A DNA stretch of 63,019 nt, the filler included, from Raillietiella orientalis (Eukaryota), in NCBI GenBank assembly GCA_036172245.1. It is 14 parts of 14 records of this genome, joined end to end, with 100 filler letters (N's around TTAATTAATTAA, not from the genome) between each part and the next. Parts side by side here need not be neighbours in the genome. Positions count along the whole stretch, not along the records: positions 23,219 to 27,648 come from JAYWIR010000343.1; positions 27,749 to 32,150 come from JAYWIR010000344.1; positions 32,251 to 36,578 come from JAYWIR010000345.1; 11 more parts are not named here. The stretch is one strand, 5' to 3'. The notes beneath the pieces are model-generated. The model did no database searches. It saw only the letters and a list, made by a program, of their open reading frames with translations, and had not been told where the DNA came from. Positions 23,219 to 36,678 of this stretch are shown in pieces; positions within the stretch are counted from its first letter, which is position 1, and each line of letters starts with the position of its first letter. The translations under genes and the position numbers were made by a program.

Positions 23219-26200
23219 GCATCCGTTGGCAGCCCGAGGCAATCTACCGTCATGGATAACCGCACCACCTTGCGATTTCGTAATTTCAGAGGAGGATTAA
23301 GAAAAGTCCGACATTTGATTAGGCTGTGGCACTTTGCACACCGTGTTGTTTCGATGGGAACCACTCTCGGAGTTCAAAAGTGAATTTTTTTATACGATCT
23401 CATTCACGGTATGGTATAATTTTACATCTTTTGGTGGTTTGTAATCTATTCGTAGTACGGTGAATCCACCATTGCACTTTTGCGCTTCTTCACGAAGCAT
23501 CCGTTGGCAGCACGTGGAAATCTACCGGCATGGATCACCACACTACCTTGCGATTTCCTGCGTTTAGAGGTGGATTAAGAAAAGTCCGACATTTGATTAG
23601 GGTGGGATACGTTGCACTCCGTGTTGTTTTGATAACAACCACTGTCGGAGTTAAAAAGTGAATTTTTTAATTCGATCTGATTCAGGGTATAATATAAATT
23701 TACATCCTTTGCTGGTTTGCAATCAATTCGAAGTGAGGAGATTTCACCATGCACTGTTGCGCTTTTTCACGAAGCATCCGTTGGCAGCACGTGGAAATCT
23801 ACCGTCATGGATAACCGCACAACCTTCCTATTTCCTGGTATCAGAGGTGGATTAAGAAAAGTCCGACATTTGATTAGAGTGGGACACTTTGCACTCCGTG
23901 TTGTTTTGGTAGCAACCACTGTCGGAGTTAAAAAGTGAATTTTTTAATTCGATCTGATTCATGGTATGGTATAAATTTACATCTTTTGCTGGTTTGTAAT
24001 CAATTCGAAGTGAGGAGATTTCACCATGCACTGTTGCGCTTTTTCACGAAGCATCCGTTGGCAGCGCGAGGCAATCTACCGTAATGGATAACCGCACTAT
24101 CATGCGATTTCCTGCGTTTAGAGGTGGATGAAGAACAGTCCGACATTTCATTAGGGCGGGGCTCTTTGCACTCCGTGTTGTTGTCATGGCAACCACTGTC
24201 GGAATTGATAAGTGAATTATTTAATTCGATCTGATTCACGGTATGGTATAAATTTACATCTTTTTCTGGTTTGTAATCAATTCGTAGTACGGAGATTTCA
24301 CCATTGCACTTTTGCACTTCTTCACGAAGCATCCGTTGGCAGCGCGAGGAAATCTACCGGCATGGATCACCACACTACCTTGCGATTTCCTGCCTTTAGA
24401 GGTGGATGAGGAACAGTCCGACATTTCATTAGGGCGGGGCACTTTGCACGCCGTGTTCTTTTCATAACAACCACTGTCGGAATTGAAGTGCGAAATATTT
24501 AATTCGATCTGATTCACGGTATGGTATAAATTTACATCTTTTCCTGGTTTGTAATCAATTCGAAGTGAGGAGATTTCACCATGCACACTTGCGCTTTTTC
24601 ACAAAGCATCCGTTGGCAGCCCGAGGCAATCTACCGTCATGGATAACCGCACCACCTTGCGATTTCCTGGTTTCAAAGGTGGATTAAGAAAAGTCCGACA
24701 TTTGATTAGGGTGGGACACTTTGCACTCCGTGTTGTTTTGATAACAACCACTGTCGGAGTTAAAAAGTCCATTTTTTAATTCGATCTGATTCATGCTATG
24801 GTATAAATTTACATCTCTTGCTGGTTTGTAATCAATTCGAAGTGAGGAGATTTCACCATGCACTGTTGCGCTTTTTCACGTAGCATCCGTTGGCAGCGCG
24901 AAGCAATCTACCGTAATGGATAACCGCACCATCATGCGATTTACTGCTTTCAGAGGTGGATTCAGAAAAGTCCGACATTTCATTAGGGCGGGGCACTTTG
25001 CACTCCGTGTTGTTTTCATGGCAACCACTATTGGAATTAGAAAGTGAATTATTTAATTCGATCCGATTCATTTTATGGTACAAATTTCCATCTTTTGCTG
25101 GTTTGTAATCAATTCGAAGTGAGGAGATTTCACCATGCACTGTTGCGCTTTTTGACGAAGCATCCGTTGGCAGCGCGAGGCAATCTACCGTCATGGATAA
25201 CCGCACCACCTTACGATTTCCTGGTTTCAGAGGTGGATTAAGAAAAGTCCCACATTTGATTAGGGTGGGACACTTTGCATTCCGTGTTGTTTTCATCGCA
25301 ACCATTGGGAATGAGAAGGGGAATTTTTTTATTCGATCTGAATCATTTTATGGTACAAATTTACATCTTTTGCTGGTTTGTAATGAATTCGAAGTAAGGT
25401 GATTTCACCATTGCACTTTTGCGCTTCTTCACGAAGCATCCCTTGGCAGCGCGAGGAAATCTACCGGCATAGATCACCACACTACCTTGAGATTTCCTGC
25501 CTTTAGAGGTGGATGAGGAACAGTCCGACATTTCATTAGGGCGGGGCACTTTGCACGCCGTGTTCTTTTCATGGCAACCACTGCCGGAATTGAAGTGCGA
25601 AATATTTAATTCGATCTGTTTCACGGTATGGTATAAATTTACATCTTTTGCTGGTATGTAATCAATTCGAAGTGAGTAGATTTCACCATGCACCTTTGCG
25701 CTTTTTCACGAAGCATCCGTTGGCAGCCCGAGGCAATCCACCGTCATGGATAACCGCACCACCTTGCGATTTCGTAATTTCAGAGGAGGATTAAGAAAAG
25801 TCCGACATTTGATTAGGCTGTGGCACTTTGCACACCGTGTTGTTTCGATGGGAACCACTCTCGGAGTTCAAAAGTGAATTTTTTTATTCGATCTCATTCA
25901 CGGTATGGTATAATTTTACATCTTTTGGTGGTTTGTAATCTATTCGTAGTACGGTGAATCCACCATTGCACTTTTGCGCTTCTTCACGAAGCATCCGTTG
26001 GCAGCACGTGGAAATCTACCGGCATGGATCACCACACTACCTTGCGATTTCCTGCGTTTAGAGGTGGATTAAGAAAAGTCCGACATTTGATTAGGGTGGG
26101 ACACGTTGCACTCCGTGTTGTTTTGATAACAACCACTGTCGGAGTTAAAAAGTGAATTTTTTAATTCGATCTGATTCACGGTATAATATAAATTTACATC

Positions 26201-27648
26201 CTTTGCTGGTTTGCAATCAATTCGAAGTGAGGAGATTTCACCATGCACTGTTGCGCTTTTTCACGAAGCATCCGTTGACAGCGCGAGGCAATCTACCGTC
26301 ATGGATAACCGCACAACCTTCCTATTTCCTGGTTTCAGAGGTGGATTAAGAAAAGTCCGACATTTGATTAGAGTGGGACACGTTGCACTCCGTGTTGTTT
26401 TGATAACAACCAATGTCGGAGTTAAAAAGTGAATTTTTTAATTCGATCTGATTCATGGTATGGTACAAATTTACATCTTTTGCTGGTTTGTAATCAATTA
26501 GAAGTGAGGAGATTCCACCATGCACTGTTGCGCTTTTTCGAGAAGCATCCGTACAGCGCGAGGCAATCTACCGTCATGGATAACCGCACAACCTTCCGAT
26601 TTCCTGGTTTCAAAGGTGGATTAAGAAAAGTCCGACATTTGATTAGAGTGGGACACTTTGCACTCCGTGTTGTTTTGGTAGCAACCACTGTCGGAGTTAA
26701 AAAGTGAATTTTTTAATTCGATCTGATTCATGCTATGGTATAAATTTACATCTTTTGCTGGTTTGTAATCAATTCGAAGTGAGGAGATTTCACCATGCAC
26801 TGTTGCGCTTTTTCACGTAGCATCCGTTGGCAGCGCGAAGAAATCTACCGTAATGGATAACCGCACCATCATGCGATTTCCTGCTTTCAGAAGTGGATTC
26901 AGAAAAGTCCGACATTTCATTAGGGCGGGGCACTTTTCACGCCGTGTTCTTTTCATGGCAACCACTGCCGGAATTGAAGTGCGAAATATTTAATTCGATC
27001 TGTTTCACGGTATGGTATAAATTTACATCTTTTGCTGGTTTGTAATCAATTCGAAGTGAGGAGATTAAACCATGCACCTTTGCGCTTTTTCTCGAAGCAT
27101 CCGTTGACAGCGCGAGGCAATCTAGCGTCATGGATAACCGCACAACCTTCCGATTTCCTGGTTTCAGAGGTGGATTAAGAAAAGTCCGACATTTGATTAG
27201 AGTGGGACACGTTGCACTCCGTGTTGTTTTGATAACAACCAATGTCGGAGTTAAAAAGTGAATTTTTTAATTCGATCTGATTCATGGTATGGTACAAATT
27301 TACATCTTTTGCTGGTTTGTAATCAATTAGAAGTGAGGAGATTCCACCATGCACTGTTGCGCTTTTTCGAGAAGCATCCGTACAGCGCGAGGCAATCTAC
27401 CGTCATGGATAACCGCACAACCTTCCGATTTCCTGGTTTCAAAGGTGGATTAAGAAAAGTCCGACATTTGATTAGAGTGGGACACTTTGCACTCCGTGTT
27501 GTTTTGGTAGCAACCACTGTCGGAGTTAAAAAGTGAATTTTTTAATTCGATCTGATTCATGCTATGGTATAAATTTACATCTTTTGCTGGTTTGTAATCA
27601 ATTCGAAGTGAGGAGATTTCACCATGCACCTTTGCGCTTTTTCACGAA
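23219..27648 (+). repeat. 277-bp satellite, family 2 (about 16 monomers) with higher-order structure
   Basis: Period about 277 (26152 to 26429). Variant blocks recur at offsets of 2494 and 829. Confidence 0.96.
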
Positions 27649-27748
27649 NNNNNNNNNNNNNNNNNNNNNNNNNNNNNNNNNNNNNNNNNNNNTTAATTAA
27701 TTAANNNNNNNNNNNNNNNNNNNNNNNNNNNNNNNNNNNNNNNNNNNN

Positions 27749-28125
27749 AGACTGCATCGTGAGGAATGTCATCGAGTATGCTTCTCGCTTCCTGCAGAGA
27801 GCTACCCGATGGACCCATCTAGGAAGAATGAAAAAGGAACTAGAAGGCATCCTGCAAAGGATGGGCCCTCCCAGCAGTTTTCTGTGAGCCCTTCCCGGCC
27901 CTCCAAACTGTTTTTTTTTTTTTTTTTTTTTGTGGTTTGTTTTCCTTTTTTTTATTTTACTTTTGTTTTCTCCCCCATCCCCCTCCACTGCCGAGGAGAG
28001 CCACACCGAGCTGCGTCCCGGTGTCCCGGCAGTTCCGGTATTGCGTGGCCGTCAGTGGGGCCTTGTACCACGTTCTGTATTGACTGTTGAAATGTTTTTA
28101 ATAAACGTCCCGGCGTATCCGGGTG
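27749..28125 (+). mobile_element. 3' end of family D element
   Basis: Highly similar to 48109-48469; ends AATAAACGTCCCGGCGTATCCGGGTG. Confidence 0.9.
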
Positions 28126-28379
28126 GCATCGCCCGTCGGGCACGCGGGGACCACGAGCAGGGTAGCATGAAGGAACCGTCCGTTCGCCACGGGCGCGAGC
28201 ACGCGTTGGGGAGGAGGGAAGGGGGAGGATTGCGGTCCGCTGCAGCTCTTCCTCTCCGGAGGCTGCAGCCGAGTTTTCCGAGCAGGCGCAGGCGGGCGGA
28301 GAACCCTGCCGGACCGTCCGTTCGGAGGCGGCGGATCCGCACGCGACTGCTCTCCGGTCGCAGCGGGAGGGTGCACTTC

Positions 28380-29000
28380 CCCAATCGGAACGTCCACGTG
28401 TGGCGTGAGCGCTCGTGCGTGTTCCCTCGATCGAGTCCCTCCTCCAGCCAACCCGCCACCAACGCGGATATTGTTGGTTCACGCATTTCCTCCGGTGCCA
28501 TCACGTGTTGTCCTCTTCTTGAGTATCCTCGCGGTCTCCATGTGCTTTACCAGGAGGCCGCCGAGGTGGAATCGGCGGTGGAGCTCCGCGCGTGCGCGCA
28601 GTGGTGGCGCTCCCTCGCGGACAAAGGGATGCTCGCACCCTGCACCAATCATTACGGGCGAGTGGGTCAACTTGACCTCGACCGACCTTGTCGTCACGGA
28701 CGTGCGCGCGCGTCAGGTGGCGATGCCGCGTACGTCGGAAGAACCACGTTCGCCTGTGAGCTCGAATGCGCAGTGGCTCCGGCCCTCTCGTGGCAGGGGA
28801 CCTCAACGTTCGAGCCAGCCTTCCTAACGAGAGATCTTTGGTGCCGGGATCGCTGGTGACCGGGATGAGCGCGCAGTTGCCTACCCGGCGCCCCCGGGGC
28901 GGGTGGATGGCGCGTTTCTCGACGCGCGCCTGCCGTCTCGAGTGGTGCGGGGAGATTCGCGGGGCCATCCGCGCTTTGTTATCATCCCAGGCTAGGGTTC
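28380..29000 (+). pseudogene. Highly decayed APE endonuclease fragment
   Basis: Remnants GRVGQL, DLVVTDVRA and LVAGDLNVR, spread over several frames. Confidence 0.55.
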
Positions 29001-29499
29001 GAGACCCTCGCTCCTGGCGAGTGACCTACGAGCTTTCCTGGGAGGCTGTCGGTTCCCACTCGCGGCTTCGCCGTGCAGGGGCCCGGCGGATGCAGCCAAA
29101 AGGTTTCGAATTACGGGTTCCGCTCCCCGGCGACTTCACTCCGATTGCGTCGCGATTCCCGGGAAAGGCAGAGGGGAGCTCCGCGCAGCCGCAGAGCTTA
29201 CCTGCGCGTTCGCAGCCCTCTCGGAGCGTGCGAACGCCCGACGTCCCGCATTTGACGAGTGCGGACAGGGAGACTGTGGCCACCTTGCCACGTGTCGTGC
29301 CCTGTGCGCTTGCCCGGACTCCACATGCCGATGCTCTTCCACCGCGACTGTCCGTGTCCACCCTGGCGTCTGCACCCGACGAGAGGTTCTTCGGGCTGCT
29401 GGGCGCCGCGGAACGGGAGTGATGGCGAGGCCACCGGCGACCATTTTGAACTGCTCGCCGTGGTGGGAGTGGGTGCGACGCGGAGCGTACGGTTGGACT

Positions 29500-30266
29500 G
29501 GATCGGCTAGGGGATCCCCACGGGCGGGTACTTTGGGCGCCCTGGGGTCTTTTTGATACACGCTTCGGCTGTACATACGGCTGTGAAATTGGGCGAATTG
29601 CGCGCCTCAGTAGCGTAATTTTCAAAAGGCTCCTCATCCGCTTGCCAAGTGGAAAAAATGGGAGCGCTTCCATCAGAGAGCGCTGCTGCTCGTGATTCAC
29701 GAAAAGGAAGAAAGAAGAAGCGGTTTTCGCTTGAGAGGTACTACTCGGGTCGGCTTGGTAAACCGGTCGGAGCATCTGCCGATACGAAAGGACTCGCGAA
29801 GCACACAAATTCGGGCGTGCAGTGGGTGGAGACGCCGGGATCGCAGCTTCGTTTCCCAAACTGGAGCGATCTCACCCTGCTGACCTCTCGCTTCCCCAGC
29901 CGAGACCACCTACGAGCTTTCTTCGCGAAGGAGGCCGAAACGGCGGCCAATTACCTCCGTCGACCGCTGGCGCAGCTCCAAGTACTGGCGGCCCTCGTCC
30001 GTGCCCCGGACAACGACAGGCCGCCTTGCAAGAGGGAGTGACCCGACAGCTCCAATTCGGCGTATCCTTCGGATGCGGAAACGCTGAAGCCAGCCATTTC
30101 CCGCAGCCGACCGAGGGCACCGCATGCACGAACAGGGTGCAGCGGGATTCCCAACTGCTGCGCTCCTCAGGGACATCTCTCGTTCCTCCCCGCCGTCGTG
30201 AGCTCGTCGCATCGGAAGCCCCAGTGCAAAAGGAGCACGCGTCGCGTTGCCAAATGGATTGTCCGT
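29500..30266 (+). mobile_element. Possible decayed RT C-terminal region of a non-L1 LINE
   Basis: LFD...TYGCEIG followed by KRLL.RLP resembles the post-RT YGCE motif of other LINE clades. Weak. Confidence 0.3.
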
Positions 30267-32150
30267 CATCCGGATGCGCAGAGCCGTTTACTTCATATGA
30301 AACTATAAGTTTGCAAAGAACTGTGGTTGAACCTGCGGTCCAACCACGTGCATTTCAACGGGAGCCTGCGGATTTACCGGTGCGCAGCCCGGCGAGTTCC
30401 TCCACGGCAGCGGAGAAGAAGGGGCAAAGAAAAGATATAGAAAGAAAAATGAAAATTCATAAATTCGGGTGGAGTGGGGCGGGGCGGGGCGCTCGAGGTC
30501 GCGGCGCCTGTGAGCTGGTCCGTCGTCCACTCACCCACTCCTCTTTTCCTGAGGGACATTGCAGCACCAAGCTCCCATTTAGCTGCGAGGCTGCTGTCCG
30601 TGTTTTTCCTCAGGGAGGACAGCGCTGCTGAGGCAAGGGAGGTTCCTCCTGCCCACACACTTTTCCCCGAAAGGATCTGGAAGGATCTCTGGGAGAGCAC
30701 AGTTGCTTTATGGCTGTTACAGGAATCGTTGTGCCTGCTCCGGGCATCAATACCCGGAACACGTGCGGGCAATTTCCTGCAGCCTGCAGGTGCTACCGGC
30801 CGCGGGGCGGCAGTAGATGCAGCGGATGTTCCGACCGGTGAGTGTGGCCACTCAAGGAAGTAGGAAGGACGTGCCGCCGGTGGCAGGAGGCATGCAGGGT
30901 CGCACCGGGCGACGATTCACATCTTTTTGCAACGAGAGCAAGCATCCGAAACTGGAGCGGATGCTCCATTCGGTCCAGCGTCACGAGGAGGAGACCGCCG
31001 TCTCGACGCGGCGCTCGCGAGTGCGAGTCCTTTAGTCGGACTCGGCTCCTCCCCTTGTCCCCAGAGGCGATCTTGGGGAGATCCTTCGTCCGCTTGATGA
31101 TCCTCTCCGGCATGTAAAAGAAAAAGCAGGGGACGAAGGAGGGGGGCCGCGAGGGCGTTGCACAGCGCGGCCCGACCCGGTAAGTGGGTAAGGGCCGGGG
31201 ACCTGCCCTTCCTTCTGGAAATTCGGATGGAACAGACTTCTGCAACGCAAAAGTTCCTCACAGGAAGCCGAGGTGCTTCCAGCGCCAGCCGCCACCTGAT
31301 GTGGGGGAGCACGGAAATGTCCTGACACAGGGGAACGACGCGCAGTCCTTGCGGCGCACACTCCGAGTTGCAACTCACCGGCGGAATCCCTTCTACCGGA
31401 AGCAGGGAGTAGCCGCGTCAACCGCTCAGCACTTTCGCCTTCTCCACCCAACTATAGGTTTGCTCACTTTCGGCGAGGTGGACAGGAAAACTGCCCACCT
31501 CGCCGGTAGGCAACTGCCATTGGCTTCCCGTAAAGAAAAGGTGCGGCGGATTCGCTCCTCTATGTATCTGCGCAGGGCCTTCCTGCCGATCCGCTGCCGC
31601 GGCCCGGGATCTTTCAGGCTGGTGTTCTGGTCGATCGAGCGTTCACAGATAGATCCCTGGCGTCGAGCGCCAGGTTTACGGGGCGGTAGGAGATGCAATG
31701 GTTGCTTGCCGGCAGAGAGACGAGCTGCTTCAGCGGCAACCCCAAGGGCTTCGTCGATTTCCGGTGACGGAAAAGAAAGACGCCAGTCGCCCGCAACCGG
31801 CCGCTCGCCGGAGAATAGAAGGTTAGCAGGTTCCACGCCCTCACCACCAGGGCGAGTGTTCGAGAACGGGGCTGCAGCTCCATCCTCTTTCGCTTCGGTG
31901 CTCCGAGCCCGGCATCCCTGCGTGGCGCGTCCATGTACTATAGGAAGCCGCAAGGAACCCCGCGTCCACCTTCTTCAACACACCGTCGACCCGTTGTTTC
32001 AACTGGCAGCTTCGCTTCAGCGGGAGGGGAAGCAACCAAAGGGAGCGGTCGGAGAAGCGAAAGTGCTCCGGATTCTGCTCCGGTGGTTCCGGTGGCTCCC
32101 CCTGCTCACCTCCGTCGCCTCCAGCCATTCCGACCAACTGCTACGCCTTC
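30267..32150 (-). mobile_element. Old, decayed L1/Tx1-like ORF2 with degenerate 3' end
   Basis: APRRDGGL and EWTTDQLTGAATS remnants. Degenerate terminal motif AGTAAACGGCTCTGCGCATCCGGATG at 30267-30292. Confidence 0.7.
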
Positions 32151-32250
32151 NNNNNNNNNNNNNNNNNNNNNNNNNNNNNNNNNNNNNNNNNNNNTTAATT
32201 AATTAANNNNNNNNNNNNNNNNNNNNNNNNNNNNNNNNNNNNNNNNNNNN

Positions 32251-32543
32251 TTCGGGCATGTAGCCTGATGCCACATAAGCCTGCAGTTCCGCATCGCAGG
32301 TCCTCCTCCCTGGGAGGTGACGGCGGCGTAGCTCCTCACCGAAGGCGAGGAAACCTTCACGGGGGATGCGGCCGCTTCCATTCCAATTGAATTGGATTCA
32401 ACGGCTCTCTCCTCCACACCATTCTTAGAAGTGGCCATGCTGCACAACGCTGCTTCGTCCACTTCCAACAAACGCACAAGTGCGAGCGAAAACGGACGCA
32501 CAAAGATGCACGATCGCGGACGCGGAGAGACGCGAAAGATTGC
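32251..32543 (-). mobile_element. Probable 5'UTR and ORF1 N-terminus of another element
   Basis: MATSKNG...VRSYAAVTS resembles the (R)xWSAVV segment of the A and B ORF1 N-termini. Confidence 0.5.
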
Positions 32544-32586
32544 GAGCGCAAGAGATTGAACGGATCTCCGGAGGGAGGCTATTTGT

Positions 32587-34670
32587 CACCCGGCTGCGCC
32601 GGGGCGTTTATTACAACCTATCCGGGAACAGAGTTTTCGGACAAAGGGGAAAACAAGAGACGAAGGGGGTGGGATCCCCGACACGCAGGTGGGTATGCTG
32701 AAAGTCCGCAACGGGAGGGAGGATACCACAAATACACTACTATAAAAAATAAAAATAAAAATATGGAAGGCAGGGTACAGGGGTCTTTGGTGAGTCCGTT
32801 CCTTCCTTTCAAATCCGGCGAGGGATGCCGGCGATCTATCTCCTTACGTCCTGTGGAAGATGGGCCCACTCGGCAGCTGACGACATGCTTGCGCTGGCTA
32901 ATCCGGTGGGCTGACGAACGATGGCCAGCTTCTCCAACTCTAGGTGGACCTTGTCGATCGCGCGAGTGCAACACGCGGTTGCAACGACAGCACCAAAAGA
33001 CAGGCCGCCTGGCGTGAACAAGCGGCGCATCAAGTCCCTAGCGGCGTCCCCCTGGTGCAGGAGAGCTGAGGCCAGCCTCCGCCAAAGTCCTTGGAGGGAA
33101 CCGCAGTCCAAAAGCAGGTGCGGGAGCGTTTCCAATTCCCCGCACCGCTTACAGTTTGGGGAGACAACTCCCCCGGAAACAAGGTTCGTGCGATGGTTGG
33201 AGTGAAAACCCCAATGCACCACCATGATGACGTCCTGCTTCCACGAAAGGGGGAACACAGAAGTGTTCAAACACGAGGGAGGGACCACAAGTTCTTCGGG
33301 GTGCACACTCAAGTGTTCACTCCACCGAAGGAGTCCCTTCGAGATGTGGCGAGGCGTGGCGGCGTCTGCCAGCTCGCAAGTCCTCCAGCCGCCAATAGGT
33401 AGTGTTGTTCCTGCAATGGTGCAGGCGACCTCCCAACTCGCCGATTCGCAGCTGTCATCTCTTGCCCTGAGGGCTGACAGTGCGTCGGCTAGGGGGATGA
33501 GGGCCAGGCCGGTCCACTTCTCCTGGCTGCTGCAGACCTCATCCACCGTGCAGTACGGGGAGAGGTGAAGGCAACGGAGTTCAAGGAGGGAAACATCCTG
33601 GTGCTTTGCCCAGCCATACAACGGTTCCTGCCGCCGGGCTTGAAAGTTCGTTAGGCGGCAGGAGATCCATTCCTGGGCTGCCAGGAGCCGGTAGAGGGGT
33701 TTCAAGGGGAAACCGAAACTTGTCGTGGGGTGCTCCGTGTGCGGACGCAGCGACAGAAGTCCGTCGCTGCCGGTGCAACGCCGCAGGAGCAGGCGCGCAG
33801 GAGCGCACCACGGAGTGGACAAAACGTTGTCGCACAGGACCAACATTCGAATCTGCACCTGCAGCTCGATTCTCTCCAGCGTCAGGATGCCTAATCCAGG
33901 ATCCCGACGCGGAGCCGCCAAGTATTTCAGACGGATCCTGGACCTCGCAGGACCCCACAGAGCGTTCCTAAACAGGCTGTGCGCCTGGAGTTTCGCCGAG
34001 TAGGGGGGCGGGCTAACAAAAAACAGGGGTCGCAAAAGAGGAACAACAAAGGTGTTCCATATCGCGGCCCGCTCCGAAAGGAGGAACCTGCCATGCTGGA
34101 ACGGGCTCAGCGCACTCGTAGCCTTCCGAAGTCAGTCCGACCACACTTCCACTGGGCTGATGTTCCCCAGCGGAACGCCCAGATATTATGTAACCAAGCG
34201 GTCAGGATCCCCAGGCGGATCCAGTTGGACTGCCCCTCCCACGCCGCACCAATGGGTACGACCACGCTCTTGCTCCTATTTACGCTCATGCCCGCTCCCC
34301 GGCGGATCAGCTCGAAGAAATCCTCGAGACTGGACGCCGGGGTGGTCATGTGTAAGAGGAGAAGCAGGTCGTCAGCATAGGCCGCCACGGACGGCGTTCC
34401 TGGACAAGAGCTCGGCAGGTTGGCCAGCGTCATCCTGTACGCCCTCAGCACCAACTCAAAGAAGATGCTGAAGAGCAACGGGCTTCAACTGTGGCCCTGC
34501 CTGATGCCTCGCCGCACCGGCACGCCGCACACGTGGCAGCCGCTGGAAGAGATGGAAATCAGAGCGTGGCGCCATCAAGCGCGAAAATACGCCACGAGTT
34601 GCACCGGGAGACCGAGGCGTTCCAGGAGCTCCAACAAAAGATCCTAATTTACGGAGTCGAACGCCTTGCG
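32587..34670 (-). mobile_element. Divergent family E: RT 3' half and 3' end, interrupted at RKAFD by element A
   Basis: RKAFDSVN, GIRQG, YADD, CKRCGELETLPHLLLDC and terminal hairpin at 32587-32612. Confidence 0.9.
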
Positions 34671-34671
34671 T

Positions 34672-36578
34672 GCCCCAGGGTGGACGTGTTTTCTCGGTGC
34701 TCCTCGTGCCAGGAAGTCTCCCCCAGTGCAAGCGTCGTGTGGTTCGGTGGTCGATCAGGCAGCGATGCCTGACGCGACCACCAGGAATGGCCAGGGGGCA
34801 GCGGCAACGCCGCCCCCAGAGGCGATGGAGAGCCAAAGGGCGGCGGCAACGTCGCCACCAGAAGCGATGGAGGTGGGGGCGTCCGCCCCCACAGAATCGG
34901 TGTCCGCTGCAGCGGGGGCGTAGAGCGCCGTTGTGTCGGCACCATCGCCTGCAGCCGCGGCGGAATTGTCGGCCTATGTAGAGGAGGGGTACAACCCCTC
35001 ATTGTTCTACAAGGTAGGCAATTTATATTCTTTAGAGAGCGCGCGCGCCTTCTCGAAGGGCATGCGCGCTCTCGATGTGAAAGAGGAGGAGCTCAGCGCT
35101 ATGACCATCCGCAGCGGGGATCAGTACGTTGAGGTCATCTGCAAACATGCAGAGCTGGCCCAACGACTGCTTAAAACCCCCGTTGTGATGGGGACGCGCA
35201 GGCTCCTCCCCACTACGGCGGACCGCAGCATGGTGGTCCACCTGTTAGGCGTCACCGCGCGAATGCGCAATGAACAGGTTCGCGCCGCTTTGGAACATTT
35301 CGGAACGGTCCAAGCGCATTGGACGAAAGTAAGTCCTTTCGAGGACTACACGGGGCTGCAACACGGCCTCACTGCTGCTTGCGTGACCGTTCGAGAGGGC
35401 TGCACTCTTCCCCACAAACTGGTGGTCGAAGGCGAAACCGTCGACCTCTGGTATGTGGGGAAGCCGAAATACTGTGGCTTCTGCAATACGTCGGGCCACC
35501 TCAAAAAGAGGTGTCCCAATGTGCAGTGCCAAGTATGCGGAACCATGGGACACACGAGGGAGGTGTGCCCTAAAGCAGCAGTGCGGGTGGTTTCCAAGAG
35601 AAACCTTAAAAAACGCGCCCCGCTTCTGCAGAAAACGCTGGCGGCGAAAGCTGCCGCGAAGGCTGTGCCACCCGCTCCCAAGGCCCAGGCCGCACCCGAG
35701 ACCCCGGCGACCAACGCCGAAAAAGTTGAGATAGCCGGCCAGGAGACTGGGTGGCAAGTGGCAACGGCCAAAAAATCAAACAAGGAGAGGAGGATGGAAA
35801 AAAAAATCGCCTACCAACAGAAGAAGAAAGAGCAGGGTAGCGCGATAATTAAAGAGTAGAGCGTCGTTGTCGAACGCGTTCTCGATGTTGCCGAACGCTG
35901 CCAGAAAGAACTAGCCGCTACCGACGACAACCCCTCTGTTGACTTTGTCAACAGCGAGGGGAGCGAGCCGGCGGCGGCGTCCGTCATCGACACCACCATC
36001 GATGACGTAGCCTTCGCGTGAGCCGCGGAGGAGCTGGCAGCCTCGTTGCAGCAAGAACCCTCCAAGGCTGGCAAGAAGGCCGTAAGGCGTCCGGCCTCCC
36101 CTCAGGAGTCCCCCACTTCCGACCCCGAGGTGGAGACCGGAAGCGCAGCCTCCGTTTCCACGGCACCGCGCAAGAAGGCTGGACGTAAGTCCACAAAGCC
36201 AAGAAAGCTCGTCTCCCCCGTCGAAGGGGAAGAGATGGCTTCCGCAAGCGAGGGTCCCATGAGCGTGGGAAACTCTCGGGACCCATCGCTCGAAAGACTC
36301 CCACGCGCGGACACGGAGAGGATGGAGGGGGTGGAGTCCGAACAGGTGCCTCAGGTGCCTGAGAAGGCCGAAACCCCCATGGACATCCCGCCTGCCTCGC
36401 AAGAGGAGGGCTCCCCCACACCTTAATCTTCCCAGCATTAATGCCGGGAATCTCCTCCCGCCGTCGTCTGCGCATCGCCGTTTGGAACGTGAACGGCATG
36501 ACAGACGCCGGCAGGAGACGAGACATGGCCGCCTTTCTGGAGTCCTACGCCCTTGCGCTGCTGCAGGAGATCCACGCG
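34672..36578 (+). mobile_element. Family A: 5'UTR, ORF1 (34765-36426, with stops) and ORF2 start (36441)
   Basis: MPDATT start, two CCHC knuckles, then IAVWNVNG...LLQEIH. Confidence 0.92.
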
Positions 36579-36678
36579 NNNNNNNNNNNNNNNNNNNNNN
36601 NNNNNNNNNNNNNNNNNNNNNNTTAATTAATTAANNNNNNNNNNNNNNNNNNNNNNNNNNNNNNNNNNNNNNNNNNNN

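Noticed and set aside
18672..27648. CRISPR-like regular spacing
   Set aside because: Whole monomers repeat, with no unique spacers and no cas genes.
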